Below, one piece after another: positions 1 through 12,500 of a stretch of 64,000 bases of DNA. The position numbers were made by a program, and so were the translations under genes. The notes under the pieces were generated by a model that was not told the origin of the DNA, made no database searches, and saw nothing but the letters and a program-made list of their open reading frames with translations. Source of the stretch: Monocercomonoides exilis PA203 (lineage: Eukaryota > Protista > Preaxostyla). The stretch is taken from the NCBI GenBank assembly GCA_001643675.2, contig LSRY02000019.1, positions 372,001 to 436,000 on the forward strand, read 5' to 3'. Each line of letters starts with the position of its first letter. Positions within the stretch are counted from its first letter, which is position 1.

Positions 1-406
1 ATAAAGTTATTTCTTTGAAAAAAATTCACTCAAAATTATAAAGAAGATAATAAAAATGGAATAAAAGCATAAATACAATTGTTTGAAACATTTAGATCAA
101 AAGTGAGCCATCTGTAATCTACAGATGAAATGTTTTTGTTTGTAAATGGATGAAGTGTTTTAAAGGGGATATGATTCACTCAAAGAAAAAAAGAATTTGA
201 GAGTGTCATCTTTCCAAAATAAGTTTTCAACAAGTATTAATGTCCAAAAAAACTTCTTTTGGTTTAAAAAAAAAATACAAGCAAAAATTTGTTGATTATG
301 AAAAATTGAAGACTTTTTGTGAATAAAGGATTGTTACGTTTTAAAATCCAATATCAATAAATTATCTTCTATTCTGAAAATGCAACCTTTCCTATGCAAT
401 TGCGTC

Positions 407-3103
407 TTATATCTGGATTCATAAGAAAAGATAAAAAAAATTTAAAAACATATCAATAAATAAATAATAACTAACTTGTAATAATGCATTTAACGATTGA
501 ATGCTAAGGGAGCACCTTTTATCTCCAAGAATATTCTTCATTCTCGAAATCACTCTTTCGCAACTAACCTCACTGCATGGCGATGTAATTAAAGTCAGGC
601 ACAATCCAGCGTATATTGTTTGAAGGTCTCCGTATGAGGAAAAAGCATTGTTAAAAATTTCCGAATCTTCTTCGATGACTGAAGATGAGCTTCCTTTAAA
701 AAATCGTTGAAACAACTTGCAGCAACCGGATTTTATTTTTGGATCGTAATGTCCAATAACTTTATTTGCATATTTAGCAAACGAAGACAATAACCTGGGG
801 AACCAATCTGTCAACAATTCTTTTTCAATCATTTTAATTGATTCTTCTTCTTTTTCGTATGATTGTTCTATGATCATTGACATTTTGCTTGTAGAAAATA
901 GAATTTCCACCTCATCGAAAGATAAATTATCAATAATTTTTTCCTTATAAATGTCTGAATTTTCGTCATTTTCACAATCGCTGAGACTATCATCCATTGA
1001 TATTTCTTCATCCATGAAAGTTGTGCATTCTCGATGATCTTCAATTTCTGAAGAAGAAAAAGAAGAAGAGGAAGAGGAAGAAGAGGAAGAGGAAGAAGAA
1101 GAAGAAGAAGAAGAAGAAGAAGAAGGAAAGGAAGAAGAGGAGGAGGAGGAGGATGATGATGATATTGATGAAGATGATGAAGAAAAAGAAGAAGAAGATA
1201 TTTCAAACATGTCATTAATCGCTTCATCCTCTGCTTCAAGAAGTCCATATTCATCATCAGTTTCCTCACTTAATTCATCCTTTTCACTTAAAGATGAATT
1301 TATTGAGGTTTCAAATTTTGATGAATCAAAATTTTCATTGATGATTTCAATAATTTGTAAAATATCTTCCAATTTTCTGTCGTGATCATTTTCACATTCC
1401 TCTTTTGTTTTTTTCGCCAAATATTGAGTCATACCCTCACAATTGTCGACATCGTTTGACAGTTCGTCGTCAAGGTTCCTGAAAGCTTGTGCTTGCCGTT
1501 CGCTGTCCAATGGAGAAAACATCCTTGTTGTTGAATGAAAACCAGAGGAATAAAAACCCGAGCACATGTTTGAAGATGACATCAACGAAGATAAAGTGAT
1601 TGCAGTTTGCGAACAATCGGACAAAGCAATATTCTTTCTTCGTCCTTTATTAAAAGAAGGTCGAGTTTCTGGATCATAATTGAATTTATCAAATAAATTA
1701 AAATACTTGAAATAATCAAAAGAAAATTGTTGTGAACGGTACTTTTGCATTCCTGTTTGAGTTAAGGCAAATGATAGCACTATAAGTTCTCCTTTTGTTC
1801 CAATCAAAAAGTAATTATGTAATTGAATTAAAAAGTTTGTAATAACATTGTGCCAAACTCCATGATTGAAAAAAGTATGTTTTGATAAACAAATTAAAAA
1901 ACCTATTGCTTGCAAAATGAAAACAAATACATTGCACAGTTTCGAGTGATTGTTTTCAAACTGAAGATGTAATCGAAATAATGGATAAAGAATAATTTCC
2001 AAACAAATGATACTCAACAAATCCTTTTCACTTTAAAACTTTTCGAATTTTATGACTTTGTGGTTTTTCCTAATAAATGAACATATGTTATATAAGCTGA
2101 ACCATCTCGTGGGCACAAATGAAGGAATAGTTTTTCCTAATAGTTGTTTCATTCTTCTGGTATGGGCCAATTTTGTGAATTCTTGAATTTTGATAAGAAG
2201 ATTTGAAAGAAATGGAACTTTTCTAAAAGAAGAGGAGATAACTAAATTTGTTAGATGATTGCAGCAGTAAATGTAAATAGGGACAACCAATGAAAATGAT
2301 TTTTGAGTTACACTGTCTTTTAAACATTGGATAGAAATATTTTCAACAGCTTTTTTTTGAGCAGAAAAACCGTCACAGCAGAAACTTCTTATAAATGATT
2401 TGAAGGTTGAAAATTCATCAATCAGGCTGAAAATGAGTTGTTCGTATTCATGCGCAGTTGAACATGAAGGATATAAACCCCAGAAAAATGGAGATGATCG
2501 AAGTGATAGTGTTGCAACAGTCACAACCGTATACTGTTTGTTTGCTGCAGTAGCTCCATCCAACAAAATACAAAGTCCGTTGTTTGTAATTCTTGTCTGC
2601 TTTTCCAGTTGCATTTGACTTTTTTGTTTCTGTACCATAAAACAGACTCTTCGCCTTGATAATTTTGGGAATATCGACGACACCGGAACAGATGGATTTT
2701 TTTGACTAATCTGAATTAATGAAGATATGAAATCATTTGTTTCTATTGACGATGCCGAAAGAAAAGAAATGTTTGATTTGCAAATCATTTTCACATACAA
2801 TTGTTCCAATTTAGATAATTGATCCGAAGAACCTGAAAAGCATTCCGTACACAATTTTCTTTGTTTGGTTCTCTGCAGTTTTTCCATCATGGAAGATATT
2901 TGATTTGAGTTAAGTATTAAGCAATGATGATTAGCTATTGTTGAATAATTTTTGAGACCTGAAACTCCGCATGGAAATCCATCCCTGCTGTTTGGGCATA
3001 AGTAATACTTATGCCAGTCTTTCCTGGGTTCGCCGTTCTTGTCCACTTTGTAATAAGATATCCATAAGTTATTTTCCACAACTTCGAACGAAATTTTAGC
3101 CAT
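407..3103 (-). mobile_element. hAT-superfamily DNA transposase gene, probably inactivated by a single in-frame TAA at 2033-2035
   Basis: ORFs 2033..3103 and 419..2020 are in the same frame (AAG TTT TAA AGT GAA AAG GAT TTG). Motifs: N-terminal Cys/His cluster (BED-like), CILLDG (first D), CCDG (second D), CCNH (CxxH), PTRWFS, and C-terminal hATC region SPCSEVSCERVISRMKNILGDKRCSLS. A possible terminal intron at 413-474 would give LLQ|I*. Confidence 0.85.
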
Positions 3104-4216
3104 GAACTCATCTGATTTCTTTGGATGTTTGTAAACTTTTGTATATAATTAAAATAAAAATTGAAATAAAAAATAAGAAAAAACATTTTTATCACTGAGC
3201 TGACAAACCAGGACCAAAATTTGAATTACGTAGCAATTCCAGTTTAATAATTTGACAGTTCGCTTTTTGTAACTCTTTGATTTTTGCTTCAAAAGCTTTA
3301 GCCTTGAAAATATTTTTATAATGTGACAACAAAAATTATATTTCAAAAACTCAAACAATAAAAATATCAGACAAGCTGTCTTTGAGTCCTTCTTCAAGTG
3401 CATTTTGTTCGAGATCCATAGAATCTGCTGTGACGGAACTGACGGCAGTTGACTCCATGTGACAATTTTTGATCCGAAAAATCCAATTGTGTCACAACGG
3501 TCAATTTCCCATAATCCGTTTCAAATCAATATATTTTAAAATATTTTAATGTCAAATTATAATTCTAATTATTTCAATTGTTTTAACAATTTTTTTTTCT
3601 TTTCTTTTTTTTTATTATACATATTGGTTTTTGTTTTATTTTATTTCAGCAAGTCCGTCAATTCTTCAAATTTTAATTCTTTAAGTCCGTCAGTCATACA
3701 GGCTTAGCCAATCAATACCAAAAAAAATGAAAATTTCAGTCAAACGAGTGATTCAGAAAAGTTAAAAAAAATGATCGGGCTTTGCACTTGGATCGGGTTA
3801 AGCACCCATTGTATTTCATGAAATTTAAATGTTTTAATAATTCTTTTTATTGTGCAAAACAGCATCTATCTCTCATTTTTCTTTGGAACAAAACAATATA
3901 AAAATTAGAGTTTGGCAAGATAAAAATGCTATATTTACTGACATTAATTTGCACAATTGTTGCATGACCGAATAACCAGTTTTTAGCTTTGTTCTCTCTT
4001 TTGTTCAAAAACATCAACTTAACATCAAAAATAAAAAAAGAACAGAACACAAATTAAATAAAATATCATCAAAAAATAAAAATAAAACACACAAAACAGA
4101 AGGGAAAAAAACGCTCGAAAAAAGAAACAAGAACAGAAGATTGAGGGTTTAAAAGATGCAAAATTGGATTGTGTGAAAGCAAATTCTTTGTTGCAGAGAA
4201 ACACGAACGATAAGCT

Positions 4217-5019
4217 TCAACTCCAGCACATAGTTCTGTTGGGTTTGACATCCGCTTGAACTTCCACGATTTGTTGGCTGTCATCCTCTTCAATGGCTTT
4301 TCGATTCAAAACCGTTCGAATAATATCAAGAAATACTTGTTTGACAATTACGTTGTCTTTCGCAGAAATTTCGAAATGCATCGTGCTTCCCTTTGATTCG
4401 CACCACTCCTCGGCTTTCCTTGCAGACACAGCTCTCGATTCTTCGAGGTCAATCTTGTTCCCGATAACAAAAAATGGAAAATGCTTCGGGACTTGTGGAT
4501 CACTCAAGCGCAGAAATTCGCCTCTCCAATATTCTAGCTTGTCAAACGATTCTGGTGCAGTCACGTCGTAAACAAGGATGCACACATCCACCTTCCTGTA
4601 AAAATATTTTTGAAGAGATCCAAATCGTTCGATTTTAACTGCAGATTTCAAAACAAAACATTTTCACAGATATTTCGAAAATTAGAGCCAATCATCTGCC
4701 TTGAACTGGTGCTGAAAGAAAGCACAAACATGTGTCATAGAACTCTAGGGTCACCTCCCTGCCGTCAACAACATATTTCTGCACATTGCAAGCATCAGTC
4801 AAATTTTCCACAAATTGATGAATGAAAAAACCGTTCATTCTATGTATTTGAAGCAAATTCCAAACAAATGAAGCAAACTTCAATCACTGAATCAGGATGA
4901 CTCACCAAGGGGTATTTATCAAATATTCTATAAAGAAATTGCTTGAACAATGACGTTTTCCCAACTCCTAATTCTCCAAGCGCAAGGACTTTTAATGAAA
5001 CAGGCTCAGTTGACATCAT
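4217..5019 (-). CDS. Rab7-like small GTPase, divergent (about 3 exons)
   Basis: Exon 1 reads MMSTEPVSLKVLALGELGVGKTSL (P-loop). The last exon has FYRKVDVCILVYDVT, FDKLEYWRGEFL, FPFFVIGNKIDLE (G4), EISAK (G5) and a C-terminal Cys (MCWS). These segments are Rab7-like. Confidence 0.85.
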
Positions 5020-5334
5020 CTCCGCACTGCTCTCGAAAACTCAATCTTTCTTCTTCACTTTTCACACACACAAAAAAATTGTTATGGCGTCTTGATTTGG
5101 GATGATTTTCTTTTATTCTTTACAATACAATAATCTCCATAAAATATTAATTATACATTTTCTTCTTCACAAAATAACTTCATGTTTATAAGATTTTTTC
5201 TTTTTCTTTTTTTGGAAAAAGAAGAAACAGCCAAACACCAAAAATCATCACAGATATTTAAAATATTTGCCAATCGCATGTTGCATTGCAATAATCTTGT
5301 GGAATCGAAAAATGATCAAAAGGCACCCACAAAA

Positions 5335-6023
5335 ATGACCGCGAAAGAGAAACTGGATTTGATTGAGAAGGCGCTGGAGCGGGCGTACATCCCGTTCATC
5401 GAGGTGCTGCAGATGACAGAGCAGTACCAGTTGTTCTCTCCAGAGGTGCAGGGGGCAAAGATGTGTGCCGGCCACTTGGCTTATTTCTTTTTTGAAAGTG
5501 TTTTGCCTTCATGTTGCTTGCGCCCTTCTGCTCTGGGGTGTGTGGGAATCTCAGCCAAAAGGTGCTCAATGCGATGGCGGATGTGTACGAAAAGCGGGGA
5601 GCTGGGGACGTGGCGGTGCCGCCTGGAGCACTGGAGTTTGCGCTTTCTCTCTTTTTTTTTTTGGCTTTAGGAGGCTTCATCTTTGTGACTGGCTGAACAT
5701 TGCTGGTGCGGTGGTGCAGGAAGTTTGACGAGCAGAAGAGCCCAGACATCTTTTTGGACGAGCTGCTGTTCCAGACGCTGAACAAGGTGGCTGAGATGAA
5801 CACAAAAGTGACGTCTGTCGAGGTGTGGAGCTGGGTTTCTTTTGGGAAAGCAGGCCGTGCATGCTTGGATTTGGCTTTGCACTGTTTTGGAACTGATTTT
5901 GTTTTTTTTTTCCAGATTCTGCAGAACCAGATGACGAAGATGACGGGGCTGACGAAGGACGAGGCAGCGAAAATGGTTGAAGAGCAGATCCCGGCGCAGG
6001 CAGAGGCTGCAGCTTGTGAATGA
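5335..6023 (+). CDS. Hypothetical helical protein of about 135 aa, 5 exons
   Basis: GC-rich codon-like blocks join at GT-AG sites into one open frame, MTAKEKLDLIEKALERAYIPF...EEQIPAQAEAAACE*. Confidence 0.6.
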
Positions 6024-6331
6024 TCGGGCATGCGCACAGACAGCAGAAACAGCTGCTGGTGTTTTGGATTCGCTGTTTCTTGGGCGTTGGAGTGTTTTGG
6101 CTGTTGCTTTAACTTTTGAGTTTTTGACAAGGAGCAGGATGAGCTGTTGGGTTTGCTGTGCTTCGCTGAAGTGTCTTCTTCGTTGGGGAAAAAAGGAAAA
6201 AAAACGATGATGATGGCAAACGCTCATCGAATTGAAACGAAATGAGTGAAATGAAGAGAAGTGAAGCGAAGTGAAGAGGGAAACGGAAAGCGAAATCGAA
6301 AGATTGAAACAAGAAAAGACCCCACAATTCA

Positions 6332-6946
6332 CTATGCCACGTCCATGGCACTGCTTTCGTTGCTGTTTGCAATGGCTCCATCATCAACATCAGCATCAGC
6401 ATCGTCATCATCATCGTTGTCAATATCGTTGTCATTGTCATTGTATTGCTCTGTGTCTTCGGGAGAGGAGTCTGTGTCTTCGTCCATCTCTCCTGTGCCC
6501 CGCTTCTCCTCGCGCTCCACAAGGAGAAGGAGGAACTCGGCAGCAGTTCTGTTTTCTGCGTTGGGCGACTGGGCGATGGCCTGGAGCTGCGGGACAGCAT
6601 CGCCCTCGGCGAGATCGTCAGCCACGGCGTTGGAAGGCGGGCGGATGCAGACAACGGCGCCGGGCGGCTGTGCAGCTTGGGATGCGGCCTCTTTCTCGCG
6701 GTGGTACTGCAGCTTCTCGCGGCGGCGCAGCAGCTCGGCGCGGCGGGCTGTGGCAACAAGGAGAGACAGGACAAGCGAAAGGAGGCTGGGGTCGGTGGTG
6801 ACGAGGAGCGAGGCAAGGGCAAGCGGGATGCGCTCCATGATGGCCTCGTCAACAATCGCATCTGACAGCCCAAACATGTTTTGCAGCAGAATCCCCATCT
6901 CGTAGCTCACGCGAGGAGGGCCGAGTGGCATCAACCGCATCACCAC
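6332..6946 (-). CDS. Hypothetical protein, possible ARM/HEAT-like helical fragment with an acidic tail; 5' end uncertain
   Basis: GC-rich 204-aa ORF containing IPLALASLLVTTDPSLLSLVLSLLVATA and an Asp-rich end. No convincing upstream exon. Confidence 0.4.
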   Translation of the reverse strand: MVMRLMPLGPPRVSYEMGILLQNMFGLSDAIVDEAIMERIPLALASLLVTTDPSLLSLVLSLLVATARRAELLRRREKLQYHREKEAASQAAQPPGAVVCIRPPSNAVADDLAEGDAVPQLQAIAQSPNAENRTAAEFLLLLVEREEKRGTGEMDEDTDSSPEDTEQYNDNDNDIDNDDDDDADADVDDGAIANSNESSAMDVA

Positions 6947-7273
6947 CGGAAGAATTTACTCGCAGATCAATGTTGAAATGAGTTTTAATATTTAATAAAC
7001 ATGAACATGTTCAATGATTTTTTAAAAATGTTACAAATACATTTGATAATGAAAAAATAACCAAATAACCTTCACAAATCCTTAAATATTGTTATTTGCT
7101 TTTACAAATCCAAAATTGATAACATAAATATTTATTATGTTTGATTGCAAGAAAAAAAAATTATTTTTTTGATATGATAAAAAAGTCATGATACATACAA
7201 ATACGAATTAAACAAAAGCTTAAAAAAAAAAGAAAGAAAAGAAAGAAAGAAATAGTCTAAACTCGCTTTCTTA

Positions 7274-7940
7274 TTATGCAGAAGTTTTTTGTTGCGATTG
7301 ATAACTTTTCTGAGATCCAAACTGCTCAACAAATTTAACTTGAATCTGTTCTTCGGTTGGATTTTTAATGCAAAAAGAAGCAATAATGTAGAAAATTCCT
7401 ATGACACAGGACCAACATCCAACACATATTCCGGGCCACCATTTATTTCCCGTTAATTTTATAGCAAAACACAATGTTCCACAACTAAAAAATTTTTAAT
7501 GAAAGCACTCTTCTAAAAATAAAAATAAAAAAAAAAAAAAAAAACATACAATATTGTAAAGCATGCTCTATTAAATCTTTTTATAAGAAAAGGAAAATGC
7601 GCAAGGAAGGAAAACCAATGGAACTCCGCGCATACAATAAATAATCCAAATAATCTATTTTTTTTGAAGTTAAAGAATGCAAAAAGTGAACAAACATAAG
7701 ATATATCCCCATAAAAATGGATACTAAAAAATCACCATAAAGATAAATTATTGTCAGAAGTCCAAAAGCTATAAGAAGCAATGCAGTAATAAGTGATATC
7801 CACCGAAAATGTCTCATAATAGCAATGAAAAACGTTTTACATCCACCTGAAGTACTATTTTGTTGTGCGGATGAAGTTTGATTTTGAGTATATGTTACCT
7901 GCTCTTGTTGCAAAGGCACTGAATTTTGAGACTGAATCAT
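7274..7940 (-). CDS. Small multi-pass Golgi membrane protein, COPI-associated/TVP15-like (spliced)
   Basis: Hydrophobic segments FRWISLITALLLIAFGLL, IFMGIYL, ..EFHWFSFLAHFPFL.. and ..GICVGCWSCVIGIFYIIA match the TVP15/COPI_assoc pattern. Confidence 0.6.
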
Positions 7941-8098
7941 CAAATATTTGAAAAAAGGTTCACAAATACGATCTGATATTTTTTGAATTTATATTTAATT
8001 TTCATTGTATAACGCAAGAAAGTGTGGCGTGCTCAAGATTGAAAATATATTAAAACCGTGAAAATTGAGTTGAAAAAAAATAAAAAAACTTCAAATTC

Positions 8099-8642
8099 TT
8101 AATCTTCATCAGATTCAGTTTCTTCTTCTTCCTCATCATCATCATCTTCCTCAACCTTTTTTGATTTCTTATCTTTTTTATCTTCTTTTTCACTTTTTTT
8201 GTTGCGTTTTTGCTTTGTGGCTTTCGCTATGGCTTTTTCGCTTGCTTGCCCAATCTTATATGCATCCCTTTTAATATAAATAAGTAAATCCAAAAATTAA
8301 GTCATAAACAACATATTTAATTTTCAATAAAAAAACAACATAAGCATACCACCATTGCGTAAAAACATCCATTGTGCTAAGTTGATTTCCTTCATCATCA
8401 GTTTTTTCGAAAACGGATGGCATATCTTCTTCAGGTATTTTTGGAAATTTCTCTTCCTTGCTTATAAAAAAGCCATTGAAAACTGTTACAGCAAGCGAGA
8501 TAATAAGGAAAAAGAAAATTGCAGCAGTGATCAATGCAATGATTTGTGTAAAAAGTGTGACATCGGGACTAAAAACAGGATTAAAGCGCTTTTTTATATT
8601 TTCCTTCTTTTCTTCTTTATTTGCCTTAACCTTTGAACTCAT
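8099..8642 (-). CDS. Hypothetical membrane protein with a Lys/acidic C-terminus (2 exons)
   Basis: ORFs 8271..8642 and 8099..8293 overlap at a probable intron. One clear TM segment (IIALITAAIFFFLIISLAVTVF). Confidence 0.55.
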
Positions 8643-8892
8643 TATTCAAGAATATGATAAATTGTTTCAAATTATAGATTTCTTGATCAAAAAATTTTAA
8701 CTTCGAACACGTGATGCGAATCACTTTTTTGACAATAAAAAATTTCAGATTAATTCTGAAATAGAGTATATTACCTTTTATTTTTGTTTTCAAGGCGTTT
8801 TGAAGAAGAAAGGAAACTAATAAAACATTGTGTCCAATAAATGTTTCAAATTAGAAAAAGCAGAAGCGAGAAATTATATAGTTTTGAAATGA

Positions 8893-9214
8893 TTAACGAA
8901 GACGTCTGGCTTCACGCTCAGACTCAAGCAAAGTGATAACATCTCCAAGTTTAACTGGTCCCATGATATTCCTTGTGATTGTTCTATTTTCACCTTGGAT
9001 ATCGCATCTCACTTGCGTAATTCCACCACGGGAACCTGTTCTTCCAATAATCTTTACAACAGTTGCATATTTAATTTGTGTCGCTGGTTGATCCTACAAA
9101 AATAAAAAAAACATCAACAAAAAAGTTAAGAAGTGCGCGATTCGTTCATAAATTAAAAAAAAATGGATTAAAACGATTAATCATCGATATGATGCATGAA
9201 TAAATACACACCAT
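8893..9214 (-). CDS. RPS28: 40S ribosomal protein S28 (eS28); intron 9094-9211 directly after the ATG
   Basis: Translation M|[66 protein letters not shown]. Not in the ORF track. Confidence 0.97.
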
Positions 9215-9585
9215 TTAAAATTACTTCTGCTTAAAGGAATAAGTTATGTGTTTTACTCTTCCTAATCTGAGATATATAAACTGATCGAAAATTTTGGATC
9301 AAAAATTTTTGGAATAAACTCAAACCATTGATAATAATTATCACTACGTTCTCTTTAAAAATAAAAAAGATGCAATTATTGAACTTTCTCATCCATTCAG
9401 GTACAAAAGGGGTTTAACCATAACAAAATATAAACCTCAAAAAGACAAACATTCTGTTGTCTTTTTTAAAAAAATCATAAAAGTTTTTCAAATACTTGTG
9501 ATTTGCTTAAAAAAAAACAACAAACAACATGCAAATAAAATTTAAAATAAAGTTAGGGAGAGATCAACACTTTTCAGATCTGGCT

Positions 9586-12500
9586 ATGACAAAACCAAAC
9601 AAAGAAGAAATTGATAAAGTTTGGAAAGTTCTTGAAGAAAGAATCACAGACATAAAGAACTTAATTGATGGAGGAGAAACAAAACCTTTTCCATTGCAGG
9701 AATACATGAATATGACGAATAGCATTTATAACATGTATACGCGTTTAATTTTTTCTTTTTTACGGTTACTGTTTTTATTACTCGTAGTTGCACTCGCCAT
9801 AATGGAGCACCGGTTCTGGCTCAGCGTCTTATAAATGTGATCACAAATTACTGTTCTGTTGATATCTACAACGCTTTATCAGATCTTCGTGAAGGGGCAT
9901 TTCTTTCGGAAATTTCAAGAAGATGGGAAAAATTTAAGTTGTTTGTGAAGATCATGGTAGCATTGTTCAATTATTTGGTTTGTCTTTATTTGATGATGGA
10001 AGAATTACGTTATTGTTTGATTTTTCAAATTATTCACAATTTTTAGGATCGTTTTTATTTTAATTATGACGCCTCTGGGACGGGAGGAATTGAAAAACGA
10101 AGAAAAACAATACAGCCACGTTCTTATGAGTTGTTTGATGATTTAGTGTTCAAGAAGTTCAGAACAGAAACACAACGATTAACATTGAGTTTTATTGATA
10201 AAGATAGAATGGGAGAAGCTGTTGATAATTTGATGTTGAAGAACGCAGTTGATGTTTGAGAATTCCTATTTTTTTTTTTAAAAGTTAAATGTTGTGAAAT
10301 CCTTTATTTTTTGACTGATAGCTGTACATTTTATTGGGTCAAGGGAGCTTTAGATATTATGATGAATTGGAACAAGAATTTCTTCAGCGAGCCTCGTCTT
10401 ATTATCGTAACTTCGCTGTTAAATCACTTCAAACAGATACAGTTCCGGAGTTCATGTTAAAGGTATTTTCAATTGTTCAAATTGATTCTATTACTTTCAA
10501 ACAATTTTTTGCTATTTTTTCCTCGACTCTAAAAAAAAAAAAATCAATTTGTGGAAAAATTCAATCTCATCATTGGAAACTGTAATTACGATTTCCTTTT
10601 CTTTCTTCATGCTCATTGAACAATTTACACAAATAACAGGCCGAGAATGCTTTTGCTGTTGAAAGCCAGCGTATCACAACGTACATGCACTCTAAAACGC
10701 ATCTTAGGATTAAGCAAGTGCTGGAGCAGGAGCTACTCAAGAAGCATGCGCAATATCTCATCAACAACAAGGAGACCGGATTTCTGGCGCTGGTTGAAGG
10801 AAACCGTGTGGAGGATCTTGCGCGTATGTATCGTCTCATGGCGCGTCTGGACATTGCGCTCGGAATCCGCCCGATGGCCGACGACTTCCGCGTGCACATC
10901 TCGTCTGTGGGCGACAACATGATGCTCAACCAGGACAACTTCACAAAGAAGGCTACAACCAAGAAAGTGGTCAAGAAGATTGTGAAAAAAGTGATCAAGA
11001 AGGCGGTGGCTGCTGCCCCAGCAGCGTCACCTGATGCGGATTCTGCAGCCAAAGCGGAAGGAGCTGGCGAGGATGCCTCTGCATCTTCTGCAGCGCCCGC
11101 GGCAGAAGGCAGCAGCTCGGCTGCGACAGAAGCAGGCGGTGAAGAGACAAAGAAAGTGGTGAAGAAGATCGTGAAGAAGATCGTGAAGAAAGTGGTGAAG
11201 AAAGCAGCGTCTGCATCAGCGTCAGGCGAAGAGAGCTCTGCCATGTCTGTCTCGTCCAGTGCACCCAGCTCATCGTCGTCTTCATCGCATTCAGATGGAG
11301 ACGATGGAGCAGGTGGTGATGAAAATGGGGACACTTCACAGGCATCAATGATCTATGAGTTTGTGGACTCAATCGTTGCCTTGTACAGAAGATACAACAA
11401 CCTCTATCTGCACGCATTCCAGCGCAACAGCGACTTCCACACAGCAATCAAGACAGCCTTCACAGAGTTTCTCAATCGTGCGTCAGATGCCAAGCCATTC
11501 CCAGTGCTGCTGGCAGTCTATGTTGACGAGTTCCTGAAGTCAAAGAATGCGCAGCAGGCAGATGAGGCTGTGCACCAGCGATTTGATGAAATTGCTTCGT
11601 TGCTGTCGTTTGTGCACGAGAAGGACAAGTTCTCAGCGATGTCTCGTACTCTGCTGTCGAAGAGGCTGCTTGACCAGTCAGGCGGAGGAAGTCTGATCCA
11701 GGAAGATGCCGAGAAAGCGCTGATTCTCCGGCTGAAGCAGCAGTTCGGTAACACATTCACAGCAAAGATGGAAGGTATGTTTACCGACCATGCCACTGCC
11801 TCTGAGACGCAGGAGCAGTTCAGACAGCATCTGGCAGACAACAACATCAAGCTTGGGCTGGAGTTGGATGTGCAGATTCTGACGCAGTCTCATTGGCCTC
11901 CCTTCGACACAAAGCAGATCCAGCTGCCAGCAGAAATGGCGTATGCGGTGCAGCAGTTCAACGAGTACTACAAAATCTACAAGAAGGACAGAAACTTGCT
12001 GTGGGTGCATTCATATGGCTCGCTGGTTCTGGGCGTGCGCTTTGCGAAGAAGACGTGCGATGTGACGATGAATACACAGCAGGCTATTGTTCTTGCGCAG
12101 TTCAACGAAGGCCCAGCGACTGTAAGAAACTTGGCCACAGCAGTTGGGTTTGATGTTGATGTGCTGAAGAACATTGTGGCGTCGATGATGCAGAAGAAGA
12201 TGCCAGTTCTTCTGATCCGCGACGACACTGCCTCTTCCTCGTCGTCCAGCTCAGAAGACGAAGAAGCCAAAGCCAAAGGAGGAATGCAGCAGCTGCAGGA
12301 CACAGACACACTAGAGTTCAACAGCGCAATGGTGACAGCCAAGAAGAAGTTCAAGCTGCCAGCGCCGAATGTGATTACAGACAAGACGATCAACACCATC
12401 AGAGAGGAAGTCGATGGAGAGCGTAAGTACCAGCTGGATGCTGCCCTGGTGCGTATTATGAAGGCAAAGCGTGTGATGCAGCATTTGGATCTGGTGACTG

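Noticed and set aside
109-127. Hairpin CATCTGTA-ATC-TACAGATG resembling the cassette junction
   Set aside because: The spacing between CATCT and AGATG is 9 nt rather than 3, and there are no flanking 20-bp arrays; probably chance.
2033-2035. TAA/TAG-to-Gln recoding, as in some oxymonads
   Set aside because: Only one internal TAA in about 890 codons, and conserved genes (RPS28, cullin, Isf) end at TAA in the expected positions.
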